Source: an uncultured Flavobacteriales bacterium (lineage in GTDB: Bacteria > Bacteroidota > Bacteroidia > Flavobacteriales_D > CAJJDF01). From it: a stretch of 53,830 nt of DNA. The translations under genes were made by a program, and so were the position numbers. The notes under the pieces are model-generated. The model saw only the letters and a list, made by a program, of their open reading frames with translations. It was not told where the DNA came from and did no database searches. Shown in pieces: positions 9,173 through 20,550 of this stretch. The stretch covers positions 1 to 53,830 of the forward strand of contig CAXIAX010000006.1 of NCBI GenBank assembly GCA_964021785.1, given 5' to 3'. Each line of letters opens with the position of its first letter. Within the stretch, counting starts at the first letter, position 1.

Positions 9173-12100
9173 TTGAAAAACAAATCAAAAATATCATCTC
9201 GTGCCTTTCTATTTATAGGATTTTCATGTATATTTTTCTTTGCATTCTCTAAGAGAAGAGACGAAGTTACGCAGCCCTTATTTTTTGAAAACGAAACTGA
9301 GCCTAAGGAAATAAATCAACCTATTGATAGTCCTGATGTTGATTTAAAATACCCATTTACCAGTTCTAACGATCCAAATAAACCTAAAAGCAGTATCGTA
9401 AATCTTGAAGAGCCTCTTAACATTAAGAGGAAAATAAGATACAATGCCACTACTGGGAAATACGAGTTTGTATCTACAATTGGAGATGACAACCAATACA
9501 AGGAACCTTTTTATATGACTCTTGAAGAATACAGAAAGTATGAACAAGAAAAAGCAAAAGAAGAATATTGGAAAACCAAAATAGCGGAAGACAACAGTAC
9601 AAATTCTGGAGATTTTGCTCCAAAATTAGCAGCAAAAAACAGAGAATTTGGAGATATTTGTGAAGGAAAACTAATTGATATTCAACCACAAGGGTCTGCT
9701 GAACTTAAATTTGGATTAAATACAACCAGAACAGACAATCCTGCTATCCCTGTAAAACAAAGACAACTAACTACTTTTGATTTTGACCAACAAATTCAAT
9801 TAAATGTACAAGGAAGTATTTGTGACAAGTTCAATTTGAACTTCAATTATAATACTGAAGCGACATTTGATTTTGAAAACCAAACCAAATTAGCTTACGA
9901 AGGGAGTGAAGATCAAATTTTACAAAAAATAGAAGCAGGTAATGTTACCTACCCAATTCAAAACTCTTTAATACAAGGAAGCCAGAGTTTATTTGGTATA
10001 CGTACCGATTTAAAATTTGGAAAACTAAATATCTCTACCGTAATATCTCAAAACAGAGGAGAGCGAAAAGAGATAAACATTAAAAACGGAGCACAACAAC
10101 AAGAGTACGAGCTACCTATTAATACCTACGAAGAGAATAAGCATTACTTTATTAACCATTACCATAGGGATAATTATGACAGAGCAATGTCCTCATTACC
10201 TAATGTTTCTTCGCAAGTAAGAATTACCAAAATGGAAGTTTGGGTAACCAACAGAGTTAATGATGTGGATGACACGAGAAACATTATCGCTTTTTCCGAT
10301 TTAGGTGAAGCAAGAGTATTGGAAGGAAGTCCTACTGTTAATGGACCTTCTAACAGTGTTCCTTATAATGATGTAAACGGACTATACAATTACTTAAATA
10401 CGACTCCAGGAACAAGAAACTTAACTACTTCATCTTCTATTCTTGCATCAAGAACGGCTTCTCCTGGTCCATTTGTACAAAGTAAACATTATGAAAAACT
10501 AGAAAATGCTAGACTACTTTCTACCTCTGAATATAACTACAATTCTATTTTAGGATATATTTCACTTAGTCAACCGCTAAATAATGATGAAATATTGGGA
10601 GTTTCTTACCAATATACATACCAAGGAAAAACTTACCAAGTTGGAGAGTTTTCTACGGATGGTATTCAAGGTAATGACGCATTATTTCTTAAATTACTAA
10701 AAGGAACTGTAAACTCCCCTACCAACAAAGTATGGGATTTGATGATGAAAAACATCTACTCTATTGGAGCATATCAAATCAATGCTGAGAATTTTAAATT
10801 AGATATTTGGTATAACAATCCTAAAACTGGAGTAGAAATTAATTACATTCCTCAAACAGGAGTTGATACTAAAACTGTATTACAACTTGTAGGTTCTGAT
10901 ATTATTAACCAGCAACAACAAGCTTTCCCGGATGGAGTTTTTGATTTTATTCCATTAATATATAACGGAAACAAGGTAGAAAACGGAGGAACAATTAATC
11001 CTCAAAATGGTAGAATTATATTTAGTAAAGTTGAGCCATTTGGTAGCTATTTGGAACAAGAACTATTAAATGCAGGAGTAAGTGCTACTATCGCTAATAC
11101 CATTGCTTACCCTCAATTATATGACAGTACCAAAACACTTGCTCTGCAATCTCCAGAGCTAAATAGATTTACAATAAAAGGTACTTATGAATCTGCCAAT
11201 AGTTCAGAAATTTCTCTAAATGCATTTAATATTCCTCAAGGATCGGTTACGGTTACTGCCGGAGGAGTAAAACTTATAGAAAATCAAGATTATACAGTTG
11301 ATTACAATATTGGAAGAGTAAAAATATTGAATGACGGAGTAATGAATTCTGGAACTCCAATCAAAATTTCTTTAGAGAGTAATTCATTATTTACTTCTAT
11401 CCAAAAAACAATGATGGGTGCACATTTTGATTATGAGTTTAATAAAAACTTTAATCTTGGTGCCACAATGCTGAGATTATCAGAAAAACCAATGACACAA
11501 AAAGTAAACATTGGAGATGAACCAGTAAAGAATACTATGCTAGGGATAAATGGTAATTTTCAAAATGAAGCTCCGTTCCTTACTAAGTTTGTTGATAATA
11601 TTCCGTTTATAAACACAAAGGAAAAATCAAGTATTTCGGCATCTGTTGAAGCTGCTTACCTTATTCCAGGGCATAATAATGCCATTAGTGAAGAAGGAGA
11701 ATCATTTATTGATGATTTTGAAGGAAGTCAATCTTCTATTGACATTAGATCCTTTAACACTTGGGTATTGGCAAGTACTCCACAAGGTCAACCTGATTTA
11801 TTTCCAGAAGCATCCTTAAACAACAGCTTAGACTACGGAAAAAACAGAGCTTTATTTAACTGGAATGTGTATGACCCTTCTGTCTTTTATGAAGAAAGAG
11901 GACTTGTACCATCTTATATTGATGCAGATGCAATTCAAAACAACAACTTAATGAGGTTGGTTCAGGAAACTGAATTATTTAACCGTTCTATTGATCCTAC
12001 TGCAGGACAAATTGATAGAATTGCAATGTTTAACTTGGCTTATTTCCCAGAAGAAAGAGGACCTTATAATTTTGATGACAATACATCTACAGTCTCTGCC

Positions 12101-15100
12101 GGATTGGATATAAACGGTAACTTGAACAATCCAGAAACAAGATGGGGAGGGATAATGAGACAATTGCAAACTAATGACTTTGAAAATGCAAATATTGAAT
12201 ACATTCAATTTTGGGTAATGGATCCATTTAGTGGTAGCATAGGTACTAATCCTGATGCACAAAATACTTCGGGAGGAGAGTTATATTTCAACTTAGGTAA
12301 CGTATCTGAAGACATATTGAAAGATGGAACAAAATCATTTGAAAATGGTTTAACTACTGACGGCCTTTATGATCCTGCAACTTTATCTGTTACCTCTTGG
12401 GGAAGAATCCCTACAACACAACAAATAATTACTGCATTCGATAACAATCCAGCTACAAGACAATTTCAAGATGTTGGTTTGGATGGTCTTTCCAATGCGG
12501 ATGAAGCTGCATTTTTCTCTTCTTGGGTTGCTTGGGTAAATGCATCTGGATTGACTCCTGCAGCAAAAGCAAATTTATTAAGAGATCCTTCTGCAGATGA
12601 TTATACTTTCTATAGAGATGATAATTACGATAATTCTACGGCAAACATTATAGAGAGATACAAACGTTATAATGGATTAGAAGGAAACTCTGCAACTGAC
12701 GAACAATCTCAAAACATTAATGCTGAAGGATACCCAACTTCTAAAACAACCAGCCCAGATGTAGAAGATATTAACAGAGACAATAACCTGAATGAAACGG
12801 AAAGTTACTTCCAGTATAAGATAAACATGAAGTCAGGTTCTGACATGGAAATTGGACAAAACTTTATAGTAGATAAAGTACAAAGAGTGAATGATGTTAC
12901 TGGACAACCAGTAACGTGGTACCAATACAGAATTCCTGTAAAACAACCTACTAAAGTTGTAAATGGAATTCAAGATTTTAGATCTATTCGTTTCATGAGA
13001 ATATTTATGAAAGGATTCTCTGAGCCTGTAGTTATGAGATTTGCTCGATTAGAACTATTGAGAGGAACTTGGAGAAGATATGATGAAGACATAGTAGACG
13101 AAGGAGAAATCATTCAGTCTGATCCTTCTGGAACAATTTTCAATATATCGGCTGTGAATATTGAAGAAAATGGAAGTAGAGTTCCGATACAATATGCAAT
13201 ACCTCCAGGAACAATAAGAGAGATTAATCCAAATTCGGCTACGCAAGCAAACCTAAATGAGCAATCTTTAGAAATGGAAGTTTGTGGATTAGAAGACGGA
13301 ATTGCAAAAGCTGCATTCAGAAGTATTGATTTTGATGTATTGAATTACAAAAAAATTAAAATGTATGTGCACGGAGAAGAACACACAAGTAGTACGAATA
13401 TTGTAGGAGATGAAGACGTTACAATCTTTATTAGATTAGGAACCGATTTCAAATACAATTATTACGAATATGAAATGCCAATCAAGATGACAGCATGGGG
13501 AGCATCTAATCCTGATGATATTTGGCCAGAAGAAAACAACATGGAAATTGTGTTGGAAGAACTTAAACAATTGAAAATTGCTAGAAACAATGCACTAGGA
13601 TCTACAGCTTCTTCTTTTTTAAGTCTATTCGAATCTGCTTCTCCAAGAAATGCAAAACACATTATTAAAGTTATTGGTAACCCTAACCTTAGTGATTTAA
13701 AAACGATCATGATTGGAATAAGAAATCCAAACAAGAAAAAAGACCATCCTTGGAAACCGGACATAGGTGATGAAAAATGTGTTAAAATATGGGTGAATGA
13801 ATTAAGGATGAGTGATTTTGAAAACGAAGGTGGTTGGGCTGCCCAATCTCGTGTTCAAGCAAACTTAGCTGATTTTGCTACAGTATCATTGGCCGGATCT
13901 ATTAGTACTCCTGGATTTGGAGGAATAGAAGACAGAGTTAGTGAAAGACAAAGAGAAACGATAAAACAAGTAGATGCAACAACTAGTGTGCAATTAGGTA
14001 AATTCTTTGGGAAAGATGCTGGGGTAAATCTACCTATGTATTTAGGATTTTCACAAGGTACAATTGATCCTATGTTTGACCCTTTGAATCCAGATATAGA
14101 ATTTGAACAATCTTTAGAAGATGTATCTATAGAAGAACAGCAAGAAAGAATAAAAGCTGCAAGAGAAATAACAGTAAGAAGAAGTGTGAACTTTACCAAT
14201 GTTAGAATAACTCCAAAAAAGAGATCAGAAAAAGCATTCCCTTGGGATATAAAAAACTTTGGATTTACTTATTCTTACAATGAATTATACCGAAGAGATA
14301 TTCAAACTCAGTACAACACCACTAGAGAATACAATGGAGGATTGACTTACACTTATCAAACAAAATTAAAACCCTACACTCCTTTTAGAAACAATAAATT
14401 CTTGAGGTCTTCGCAATGGTTTAGAATAATAAGAGATATAAACATAAAGCCACTTCCAGAGCAATTTGCATTCAATACGAACATTGATAGAACTTATTCT
14501 GAAACAAGTGCAAGAGACATTACAGGGAACGCCTTAATTATCCCTCAGTTTTCTAAGACATTTACATGGGACAGGGTGTATAACATGAACTGGAAAATAA
14601 TGCAAGGATTGCAACTAAATTACAATGCAAATAACCAAGCGTTTATTCGTGAACCAGGAAACTTAAAGGTAGACAAAACACTTTATCCTGATGAATTTGA
14701 AATGAATAGAGATAGTGTTCTTGAAAGTTTTAAAAACCTAGGAGAAAACAACCATTATTTACAAACTGCAGATTTAACTTATACATGGCCATTTAAGAAA
14801 ATACCAGTATTAAATTTCATAAATCTTACGACTAAATACCAAACAACTTACGATTGGCAAAGAGCACCACTTTCGCAAGATTCATTGGGAAATACTATAC
14901 AGAACTCTAGAAACATAAACTGGACAGGTAATTTTGATATGAAAAACCTGTATGACAGAGTTCCTTATTTGAAGAAAGTGAATCAAAAAAGTCGTAGAGC
15001 TAGCAATTCTAGGCCGTCATTTGAAGCCCCAAAACCTGCACCTAAAGGAGATAAAGGGACTGGAGATGAAGAAGTAAAAGAGAAGAAAAAAGAAAAAGAT

Positions 15101-16531
15101 CCTAATAAATTAACTCTTGTTGATGGATTTGCCAAAGTATTGATGTCCTTACAAACCGTATCGTTCAATTACTCTACTATCGATGGACAATTCTTACCTG
15201 GGTATTCTCCAACAACAGATGTATTTGGATTAGGAAATAATTTCTCTGCTCCAGGAGTAGGATTTGTATTTGGGGGTGAACAAGAAAGAGACTTTTTTGG
15301 TCGTGAAACATCTAATGATTTTGCAGCAAAGGCAGCATTAAACGATTGGCTTGTTGGAGAAAGCAGCACATATATTAATGCACAAAGAACAACTAGCCAC
15401 AGCAAAAACTTTTCTACGAGAGCTACGTTAGAACCATTTAAAGGAATTAGGTTAGAGCTATCTGCCAACTATATTTACTCCGAAAATATGAATGAAAATT
15501 TCATTTATGCTTTAGACTCAAGTGATATGATGATGAGATATCAGCATTTCAATAGTATGCGATCTGGAAATTATAGTTATTCTTTTAACTCGATAAGAAC
15601 AGCTTTTCAACAAACTGATAGTGCAGGAAATTCTAAACTTTTTGATGACTTATTAAGGTACAGAAAACAAGCTTCTGATTTATTACACAATGATAATCCT
15701 TACTCTACCTCTGCATTAGATTCTAATGGATTTTATGACGGATATGGTAACAACCAAGCTCAAGTTATTATGTCTTCCTTCATTGCAGCATACTCTGGTA
15801 AAGAATTAACAAAGAAAACTCTTAATCCATTAAGTGCATTGCCTGCTCTTAACTGGAGATTGACAATTGACGGGTTGACAAGAATTCCTGCGATAAAGAA
15901 AGTATTTAAAACTTTAGTTATATCTCACGCCTACAATTCGACATTTACAGTAGCTAATTTCAATACAGATTTAGAAGCTGTAACCGATATTGATGGGAAT
16001 GATTTTGGAAGAGATGCTTCTAACAATATCAGACCAGAAAATCAAGTAATGGCTGTTTCTATAACGGAACAATTTAATCCACTTATTAAGATTAACATGA
16101 CTTGGAATAACAGTCTTAAAACTAATTTTGAATACAGATCTAACAGAAACATAGGGCTGAGTCTTACGAATAATCAAATTACAGAACTGAAGGGAACGGA
16201 GATTACTGTGGGAGCCGGATACAGATTTCAGAACGTAAAATTCCCAATTAAAATTGGAAAAAAACAACCCATAAGTGATATTGATGCACAAATTGATTTC
16301 TCATTGAGAAACAACAAAACTATCATTAGAAAAATAGATCAAGAACAAAATCAAGTTACGGCAGGACAAAGATACATTGCTATTAAAGCATCTGCTAACT
16401 ATGTATTGACTAAGCAATTTACATTAAGATTCTACTACGATAGAGTAATGACAAATCCATTTATCTCCACTTCATTCCCTACAATGAATCAAAATGTAGG
16501 ATTTGCAGTTAGAGTGAATTTATTTCAGTAA
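9173..16531 (+). CDS. sprA: T9SS outer-membrane translocon SprA/Sov
   Basis: 2452 aa; motifs FDFDQQIQ, FNYNTEATFDFEN, RWGGIMR, WVNELR; conserved ruvA-sprA linkage; TTG start. Confidence 0.95.
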   Translation: MKNKSKISSRAFLFIGFSCIFFFAFSKRRDEVTQPLFFENETEPKEINQPIDSPDVDLKYPFTSSNDPNKPKSSIVNLEEPLNIKRKIRYNATTGKYEFVSTIGDDNQYKEPFYMTLEEYRKYEQEKAKEEYWKTKIAEDNSTNSGDFAPKLAAKNREFGDICEGKLIDIQPQGSAELKFGLNTTRTDNPAIPVKQRQLTTFDFDQQIQLNVQGSICDKFNLNFNYNTEATFDFENQTKLAYEGSEDQILQKIEAGNVTYPIQNSLIQGSQSLFGIRTDLKFGKLNISTVISQNRGERKEINIKNGAQQQEYELPINTYEENKHYFINHYHRDNYDRAMSSLPNVSSQVRITKMEVWVTNRVNDVDDTRNIIAFSDLGEARVLEGSPTVNGPSNSVPYNDVNGLYNYLNTTPGTRNLTTSSSILASRTASPGPFVQSKHYEKLENARLLSTSEYNYNSILGYISLSQPLNNDEILGVSYQYTYQGKTYQVGEFSTDGIQGNDALFLKLLKGTVNSPTNKVWDLMMKNIYSIGAYQINAENFKLDIWYNNPKTGVEINYIPQTGVDTKTVLQLVGSDIINQQQQAFPDGVFDFIPLIYNGNKVENGGTINPQNGRIIFSKVEPFGSYLEQELLNAGVSATIANTIAYPQLYDSTKTLALQSPELNRFTIKGTYESANSSEISLNAFNIPQGSVTVTAGGVKLIENQDYTVDYNIGRVKILNDGVMNSGTPIKISLESNSLFTSIQKTMMGAHFDYEFNKNFNLGATMLRLSEKPMTQKVNIGDEPVKNTMLGINGNFQNEAPFLTKFVDNIPFINTKEKSSISASVEAAYLIPGHNNAISEEGESFIDDFEGSQSSIDIRSFNTWVLASTPQGQPDLFPEASLNNSLDYGKNRALFNWNVYDPSVFYEERGLVPSYIDADAIQNNNLMRLVQETELFNRSIDPTAGQIDRIAMFNLAYFPEERGPYNFDDNTSTVSAGLDINGNLNNPETRWGGIMRQLQTNDFENANIEYIQFWVMDPFSGSIGTNPDAQNTSGGELYFNLGNVSEDILKDGTKSFENGLTTDGLYDPATLSVTSWGRIPTTQQIITAFDNNPATRQFQDVGLDGLSNADEAAFFSSWVAWVNASGLTPAAKANLLRDPSADDYTFYRDDNYDNSTANIIERYKRYNGLEGNSATDEQSQNINAEGYPTSKTTSPDVEDINRDNNLNETESYFQYKINMKSGSDMEIGQNFIVDKVQRVNDVTGQPVTWYQYRIPVKQPTKVVNGIQDFRSIRFMRIFMKGFSEPVVMRFARLELLRGTWRRYDEDIVDEGEIIQSDPSGTIFNISAVNIEENGSRVPIQYAIPPGTIREINPNSATQANLNEQSLEMEVCGLEDGIAKAAFRSIDFDVLNYKKIKMYVHGEEHTSSTNIVGDEDVTIFIRLGTDFKYNYYEYEMPIKMTAWGASNPDDIWPEENNMEIVLEELKQLKIARNNALGSTASSFLSLFESASPRNAKHIIKVIGNPNLSDLKTIMIGIRNPNKKKDHPWKPDIGDEKCVKIWVNELRMSDFENEGGWAAQSRVQANLADFATVSLAGSISTPGFGGIEDRVSERQRETIKQVDATTSVQLGKFFGKDAGVNLPMYLGFSQGTIDPMFDPLNPDIEFEQSLEDVSIEEQQERIKAAREITVRRSVNFTNVRITPKKRSEKAFPWDIKNFGFTYSYNELYRRDIQTQYNTTREYNGGLTYTYQTKLKPYTPFRNNKFLRSSQWFRIIRDINIKPLPEQFAFNTNIDRTYSETSARDITGNALIIPQFSKTFTWDRVYNMNWKIMQGLQLNYNANNQAFIREPGNLKVDKTLYPDEFEMNRDSVLESFKNLGENNHYLQTADLTYTWPFKKIPVLNFINLTTKYQTTYDWQRAPLSQDSLGNTIQNSRNINWTGNFDMKNLYDRVPYLKKVNQKSRRASNSRPSFEAPKPAPKGDKGTGDEEVKEKKKEKDPNKLTLVDGFAKVLMSLQTVSFNYSTIDGQFLPGYSPTTDVFGLGNNFSAPGVGFVFGGEQERDFFGRETSNDFAAKAALNDWLVGESSTYINAQRTTSHSKNFSTRATLEPFKGIRLELSANYIYSENMNENFIYALDSSDMMMRYQHFNSMRSGNYSYSFNSIRTAFQQTDSAGNSKLFDDLLRYRKQASDLLHNDNPYSTSALDSNGFYDGYGNNQAQVIMSSFIAAYSGKELTKKTLNPLSALPALNWRLTIDGLTRIPAIKKVFKTLVISHAYNSTFTVANFNTDLEAVTDIDGNDFGRDASNNIRPENQVMAVSITEQFNPLIKINMTWNNSLKTNFEYRSNRNIGLSLTNNQITELKGTEITVGAGYRFQNVKFPIKIGKKQPISDIDAQIDFSLRNNKTIIRKIDQEQNQVTAGQRYIAIKASANYVLTKQFTLRFYYDRVMTNPFISTSFPTMNQNVGFAVRVNLFQ

Positions 16532-16541
16532 TTGAAGGATT

Positions 16542-16832
16542 TTAATTTCTTACTTTTTTTATAAACTTAAATTGTTTCTCTTCCATTTTTGAAAGTTCAT
16601 TAACCAAAGGATTACTGTTATTTTTTAAAAACTCGGTTAAGACAAAGTTTTTAAACTCCTTTTTATTTCGCATAAATTCTATTAAATCGAATTCTTCGTC
16701 TTCTTGATTGGACACAATAAGGTTAGTTAAATCTTCGGATAAAGCAATGCGAATAGATTCTAATAAAATATCATTGTATTTTAGAATCAACTGCTTTATT
16801 TTTTCCTTTTCTTCCATTCTTTTTAGTATCAT
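16542..16832 (-). CDS. Hypothetical protein (96 aa)
   Basis: ATG directly abuts the stop of the upstream metallophosphoesterase; no family recognised. Confidence 0.55.
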   Translation of the reverse strand: MILKRMEEKEKIKQLILKYNDILLESIRIALSEDLTNLIVSNQEDEEFDLIEFMRNKKEFKNFVLTEFLKNNSNPLVNELSKMEEKQFKFIKKVRN

Positions 16833-17648
16833 TTAAAAATCTATTTCTTTTCCTTGGTTTTTTGTTTCCTCTTCAGGAAGAATATCACAATTATCCCAAA
16901 TCCCCGTTTTCAGTGTCAATGAATATTGTGAGGGTAACTGTGCTTTTTCCATAAGGCTTGCAGCCGTATTGAAATCATACGCTAAGCTATGGTGAGTCAT
17001 TTCTATCTCTCCATTCACAACTTCTAATGTGGCGTACCACACAGTAGTATTCCCATCATTTGCAGGCATTCCAATAACTCCAGGATTAAGCCAAGTCTTA
17101 TTTTCATTTCTATCTACAAATGGCAATCCACAATGTCCTGCAATTATTACATCTGCCTCTGTTTTGGCAAAGTTAGGATCTTTTGTTTCCCAAGGAGAAG
17201 ATTTGAACACAAACTCCGAAATATTAAAATAAGAACCGTGTACAACTACACATTTTTTGTTCCCAAAAGTAAAACTTATGTTTAATGGAATAGTATCCAA
17301 CCAAGATTTTGTTTCTTCCGAAATATGAATTTGCGCATACGGATACCAAGTTTTTGATAAAGAATCGCAAGTTGTTCCTTCTTCAAAATCACATCCACAA
17401 TCTTCCTCCTCTTCTCGTAATTGCTGCTCTACATTTCCTGCAATAGATCTAATATTGTGTTTTCTCATTAACTGAGACACCTCTTCTGGCTGAGCACAAT
17501 ATCCAATAATATCTCCTGTACAAATTAGGTTAGAATAGGGAACTCCCAATTTATCGGCTTCTTTTAGCAAAGCTTCTAGTGCTTGTAAATTGGAATATAC
17601 TCCTCCAAACAAAATTACTTTTCCTTCTATATTTCCTAATTCTTGCAT
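16833..17648 (-). CDS. Divergent Cys-rich calcineurin-like metallophosphoesterase
   Basis: Motif order FGGVYSN / TGDIIGY / AGNVE / VHGS / AGHCG / NPGVIG; insert DCGCDF..TCD. Confidence 0.85.
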   Translation of the reverse strand: MQELGNIEGKVILFGGVYSNLQALEALLKEADKLGVPYSNLICTGDIIGYCAQPEEVSQLMRKHNIRSIAGNVEQQLREEEEDCGCDFEEGTTCDSLSKTWYPYAQIHISEETKSWLDTIPLNISFTFGNKKCVVVHGSYFNISEFVFKSSPWETKDPNFAKTEADVIIAGHCGLPFVDRNENKTWLNPGVIGMPANDGNTTVWYATLEVVNGEIEMTHHSLAYDFNTAASLMEKAQLPSQYSLTLKTGIWDNCDILPEEETKNQGKEIDF

Positions 17649-19009
17649 TACGATTTTTGAGGTTTTGTTGATACTAATTTAGGGATAAAAAATAAAATTA
17701 CTGCTCCTACAAGTCCAATCAAATTGGCAGATAATAAATCGGCATATTTCCCTGTAGAAAAATGAAGACTGGTTGGGTAATTACCTGTGGCCAAAACTAA
17801 GCCCAAAATAATTCCGAAAATTACGGGTAAATAGAAGGATAAAGGATTGGCTTTTATTTTCCAAAAAATAAAAACTGGAGCTAATCCCACTACCATTGTT
17901 CCACTTATTGTGGTAGCAGAAAGAATGGTTGGATTCATAAAAATAGGCAAGGTTCCTGCCACGGCAATTAAAATCATCATCCACCTACCCGACTGTACCG
18001 GTTTTTTAGTTTTTAAATTCATGTCCTCTACCACCAATTTAGAAAAAGAAGAAAAAGCTGAATCTAAAGTAGAACTTGCTGAAGTAATCATGATAAAATT
18101 CATGGCCAACATAATAAGTACTCCTCCTGATTTTGCTACCTCAACAGCAGCCTGACCTGCCACTCCGTTAAACTGACCATATACTCCAATTAAACTAAAC
18201 AAAACGATTGCAACAAATCCAATTATTGCGGCTGCAATAAAACTTTTTAGAGTTGTTTTGGGATCACTAATAAAAGCTCTATCCGTCATTACGGAATCAT
18301 GAAAAGGGTAACTAAATACTTGTAAAAAGGCAACTAAAATAAAGTTTACTCCTTGGTCCATTTGCCAACTTCCTGAGTTTAGGTAGTCGGAAACTCCTTC
18401 GTTTCCTGTAGGTAGAATTACTCCTAGAATTAGAATGAGTAAAAAACCAAAGAATAATATTTGAATTAAATCGGTAAGTAAAGAACTTCTTAGTCCTCCT
18501 TTCAATACGTAAGCCAAAGTGATTACTGTGAACACTGAGATAGATAAATAATAAGAGTTAGAACCTACTTCGCCAAAATAACTCCCGATAACCATACTGT
18601 TGGACCAAACTTCGTTAAACAGCCTTATTCCTATTAAAAATGAAAAAATAAGAACGGCATATTTTCCGTACTTGGTAGTTAAAAAATGGTGAATGCTTTT
18701 AAACTTTCCGTTCACACGCATTTTATACAAAACAATTCCAGCCACTAGAAACGAAAAATAATAAACTCCGTATCCTATACCTCCCACAATACCAAATTCT
18801 AACCCTAAGTTTGCTGCATTGGTAATTGATTTAGCAAAAATCCAAGAGATTACTAAACTACTGGTAAGGAGAATAAAATTGGGCTGTTTCCCTTTGAGAG
18901 AAACTGCAGAAAAAAATTGGTTTCTAGTTTTAGAAAAAGGTGCTATAAGAAAAAACAACACCCCAAAACTCACCAAAATTATCCATTGCCAAGAAAGTGA
19001 ATCAATCAT
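17648..19009 (-). CDS. Sodium:solute symporter (SSS)-like transporter
   Basis: About 13 hydrophobic segments; SLVISWIFAKS, KGGLRSSLLTDLIQ, ASSTLDSAF motifs; TAATG overlap with the next gene. Confidence 0.85.
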   Translation of the reverse strand: MIDSLSWQWIILVSFGVLFFLIAPFSKTRNQFFSAVSLKGKQPNFILLTSSLVISWIFAKSITNAANLGLEFGIVGGIGYGVYYFSFLVAGIVLYKMRVNGKFKSIHHFLTTKYGKYAVLIFSFLIGIRLFNEVWSNSMVIGSYFGEVGSNSYYLSISVFTVITLAYVLKGGLRSSLLTDLIQILFFGFLLILILGVILPTGNEGVSDYLNSGSWQMDQGVNFILVAFLQVFSYPFHDSVMTDRAFISDPKTTLKSFIAAAIIGFVAIVLFSLIGVYGQFNGVAGQAAVEVAKSGGVLIMLAMNFIMITSASSTLDSAFSSFSKLVVEDMNLKTKKPVQSGRWMMILIAVAGTLPIFMNPTILSATTISGTMVVGLAPVFIFWKIKANPLSFYLPVIFGIILGLVLATGNYPTSLHFSTGKYADLLSANLIGLVGAVILFFIPKLVSTKPQKS

Positions 19010-19088
19010 TTATTATTGCTTTTTTCTAGTTCTTAAAGGTATTACTATATTTTATATTCATCTATTTGTATTGAGAAGTGCTTATTAT

Positions 19089-20531
19089 TTAAAATACATC
19101 CCACCATACTTTTTTGTTTACGCTATTATCACCTCCAGTAGCGGCATTAAAATTGGCACTATTTAGTGTTGCTTCATCTGTTGGGTAAGGCATTTTTACG
19201 GGAAATAAATTACTGTTCAAACTAGCCGAAAGTTGTTTCAATTGAGGAAATCCTGTTCTGCGGTATTCAATCCAACTCTCATATCCATTGATGGAGTTTG
19301 CAATCCATTTTTGGGTAATTATTTGTTCTAGCGTATTGGCTCCAAAGTTTCCAAATGCAGAAGAATCTGTAGTTAAATAAGTAGAAGGTAAAGTTGCTCC
19401 CCAATATTCGAAAGCCAAGGTTACTCCATTGTCGTAATGCATTTGAGGAGAAGAGGCAATTAATCCTTTTTGAGCTGCTTCTGCCAACAACAATTCGGTT
19501 TCCCAAGCTGTCATGAAATTTGCATCTAATCTAGCCGTATTTTCTCTAAAAATCGTTCCTCCCAATGAATAATCCGATACTGTAACGGATGTTGCTGAGG
19601 CATCTTGCCCGTTCAATAATCCTTCATACCTCATTCCCGTAGAATCACTACTTATTGGTTTGTAAAGTACCGCTCTTCTTGGGTCGTTATATTTATTAAG
19701 AATTTCTTCGGCCGTAAGGCTCATCACAAATAAATTGAAATCCCCATCTCTTAGTTTTGCCATTCTAAAATTATTAGGCTGTCCGTCAGTAAAGTCAAAA
19801 GTGGCATTTTCTATGTTGGATTTTAAATACAACCCAGAGTTCAATACACTTTGTAGTCTTCCCGAAACGGTATCCACATCCGACATTCTAATTAAATATT
19901 TAATCTTAAGAGAATTGGCAAACTTTATCCAGTTGTTTAAATCTCCATTACACAATATATCTCCGTTCAAGGATTGAGCCCCTGCATATCCGTTTATCGA
20001 AGCAATTCCTTTGTTTAAGTTGTCAATTATTCCTCCTGCACTTTTATAAATATCTTCTTGTTTGTCGTATTTAGGAGCAATATTCCCTTGGCTTCCTTTC
20101 AATGCATCCGAATAAGGAATATCTCCGTAAATATCGGTTAGCATTCCTGCCAAATATGCTTTTAAGATTAATGCTGGTCCTTCATAAACTTTATACACTT
20201 CATTGTTTTGTGCTTGTTCTAGCACCACATTATTATCTCTCATGTTTTTGTACAGAGTTGGCCAAGGGTTTCCTCCGTATTGAGTTTCTAGCAAACTATG
20301 GCGATCAAATAAATTGAAATCTACCATGGTGTAATATTGCCCCAACACATTTCCTGCAACAAAACCTTCGTATGCCATTTCATCACCTACATTATAAATC
20401 ACTTGCCTTAGCACCAAACTAGGTTCTACTGTAGTTGGTGAATTTGGATTTGTATTTATATCCTCAAAATCTTTTTTACAACTACTTAATAGTACCAAAA
20501 GTATTACTGCAATCTTTCCTATATTTTTCAT
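19089..20531 (-). CDS. SusD/RagB-like nutrient-binding lipoprotein
   Basis: Lipobox LSSCKKDFEDINTNPN; TDIYGDIPYSDA; EQIITQKWIA..WIEYRRTGFP; start set at MKNIGK. Confidence 0.92.
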   Translation of the reverse strand: MKNIGKIAVILLVLLSSCKKDFEDINTNPNSPTTVEPSLVLRQVIYNVGDEMAYEGFVAGNVLGQYYTMVDFNLFDRHSLLETQYGGNPWPTLYKNMRDNNVVLEQAQNNEVYKVYEGPALILKAYLAGMLTDIYGDIPYSDALKGSQGNIAPKYDKQEDIYKSAGGIIDNLNKGIASINGYAGAQSLNGDILCNGDLNNWIKFANSLKIKYLIRMSDVDTVSGRLQSVLNSGLYLKSNIENATFDFTDGQPNNFRMAKLRDGDFNLFVMSLTAEEILNKYNDPRRAVLYKPISSDSTGMRYEGLLNGQDASATSVTVSDYSLGGTIFRENTARLDANFMTAWETELLLAEAAQKGLIASSPQMHYDNGVTLAFEYWGATLPSTYLTTDSSAFGNFGANTLEQIITQKWIANSINGYESWIEYRRTGFPQLKQLSASLNSNLFPVKMPYPTDEATLNSANFNAATGGDNSVNKKVWWDVF

Positions 20532-20550
20532 AACTCTTTTGTCTATTCTA

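Noticed and set aside
16833-19009. Selenocysteine read-through in the Cys-rich locus
   Set aside because: The ORFs are continuous with TAA stops and no in-frame TGA
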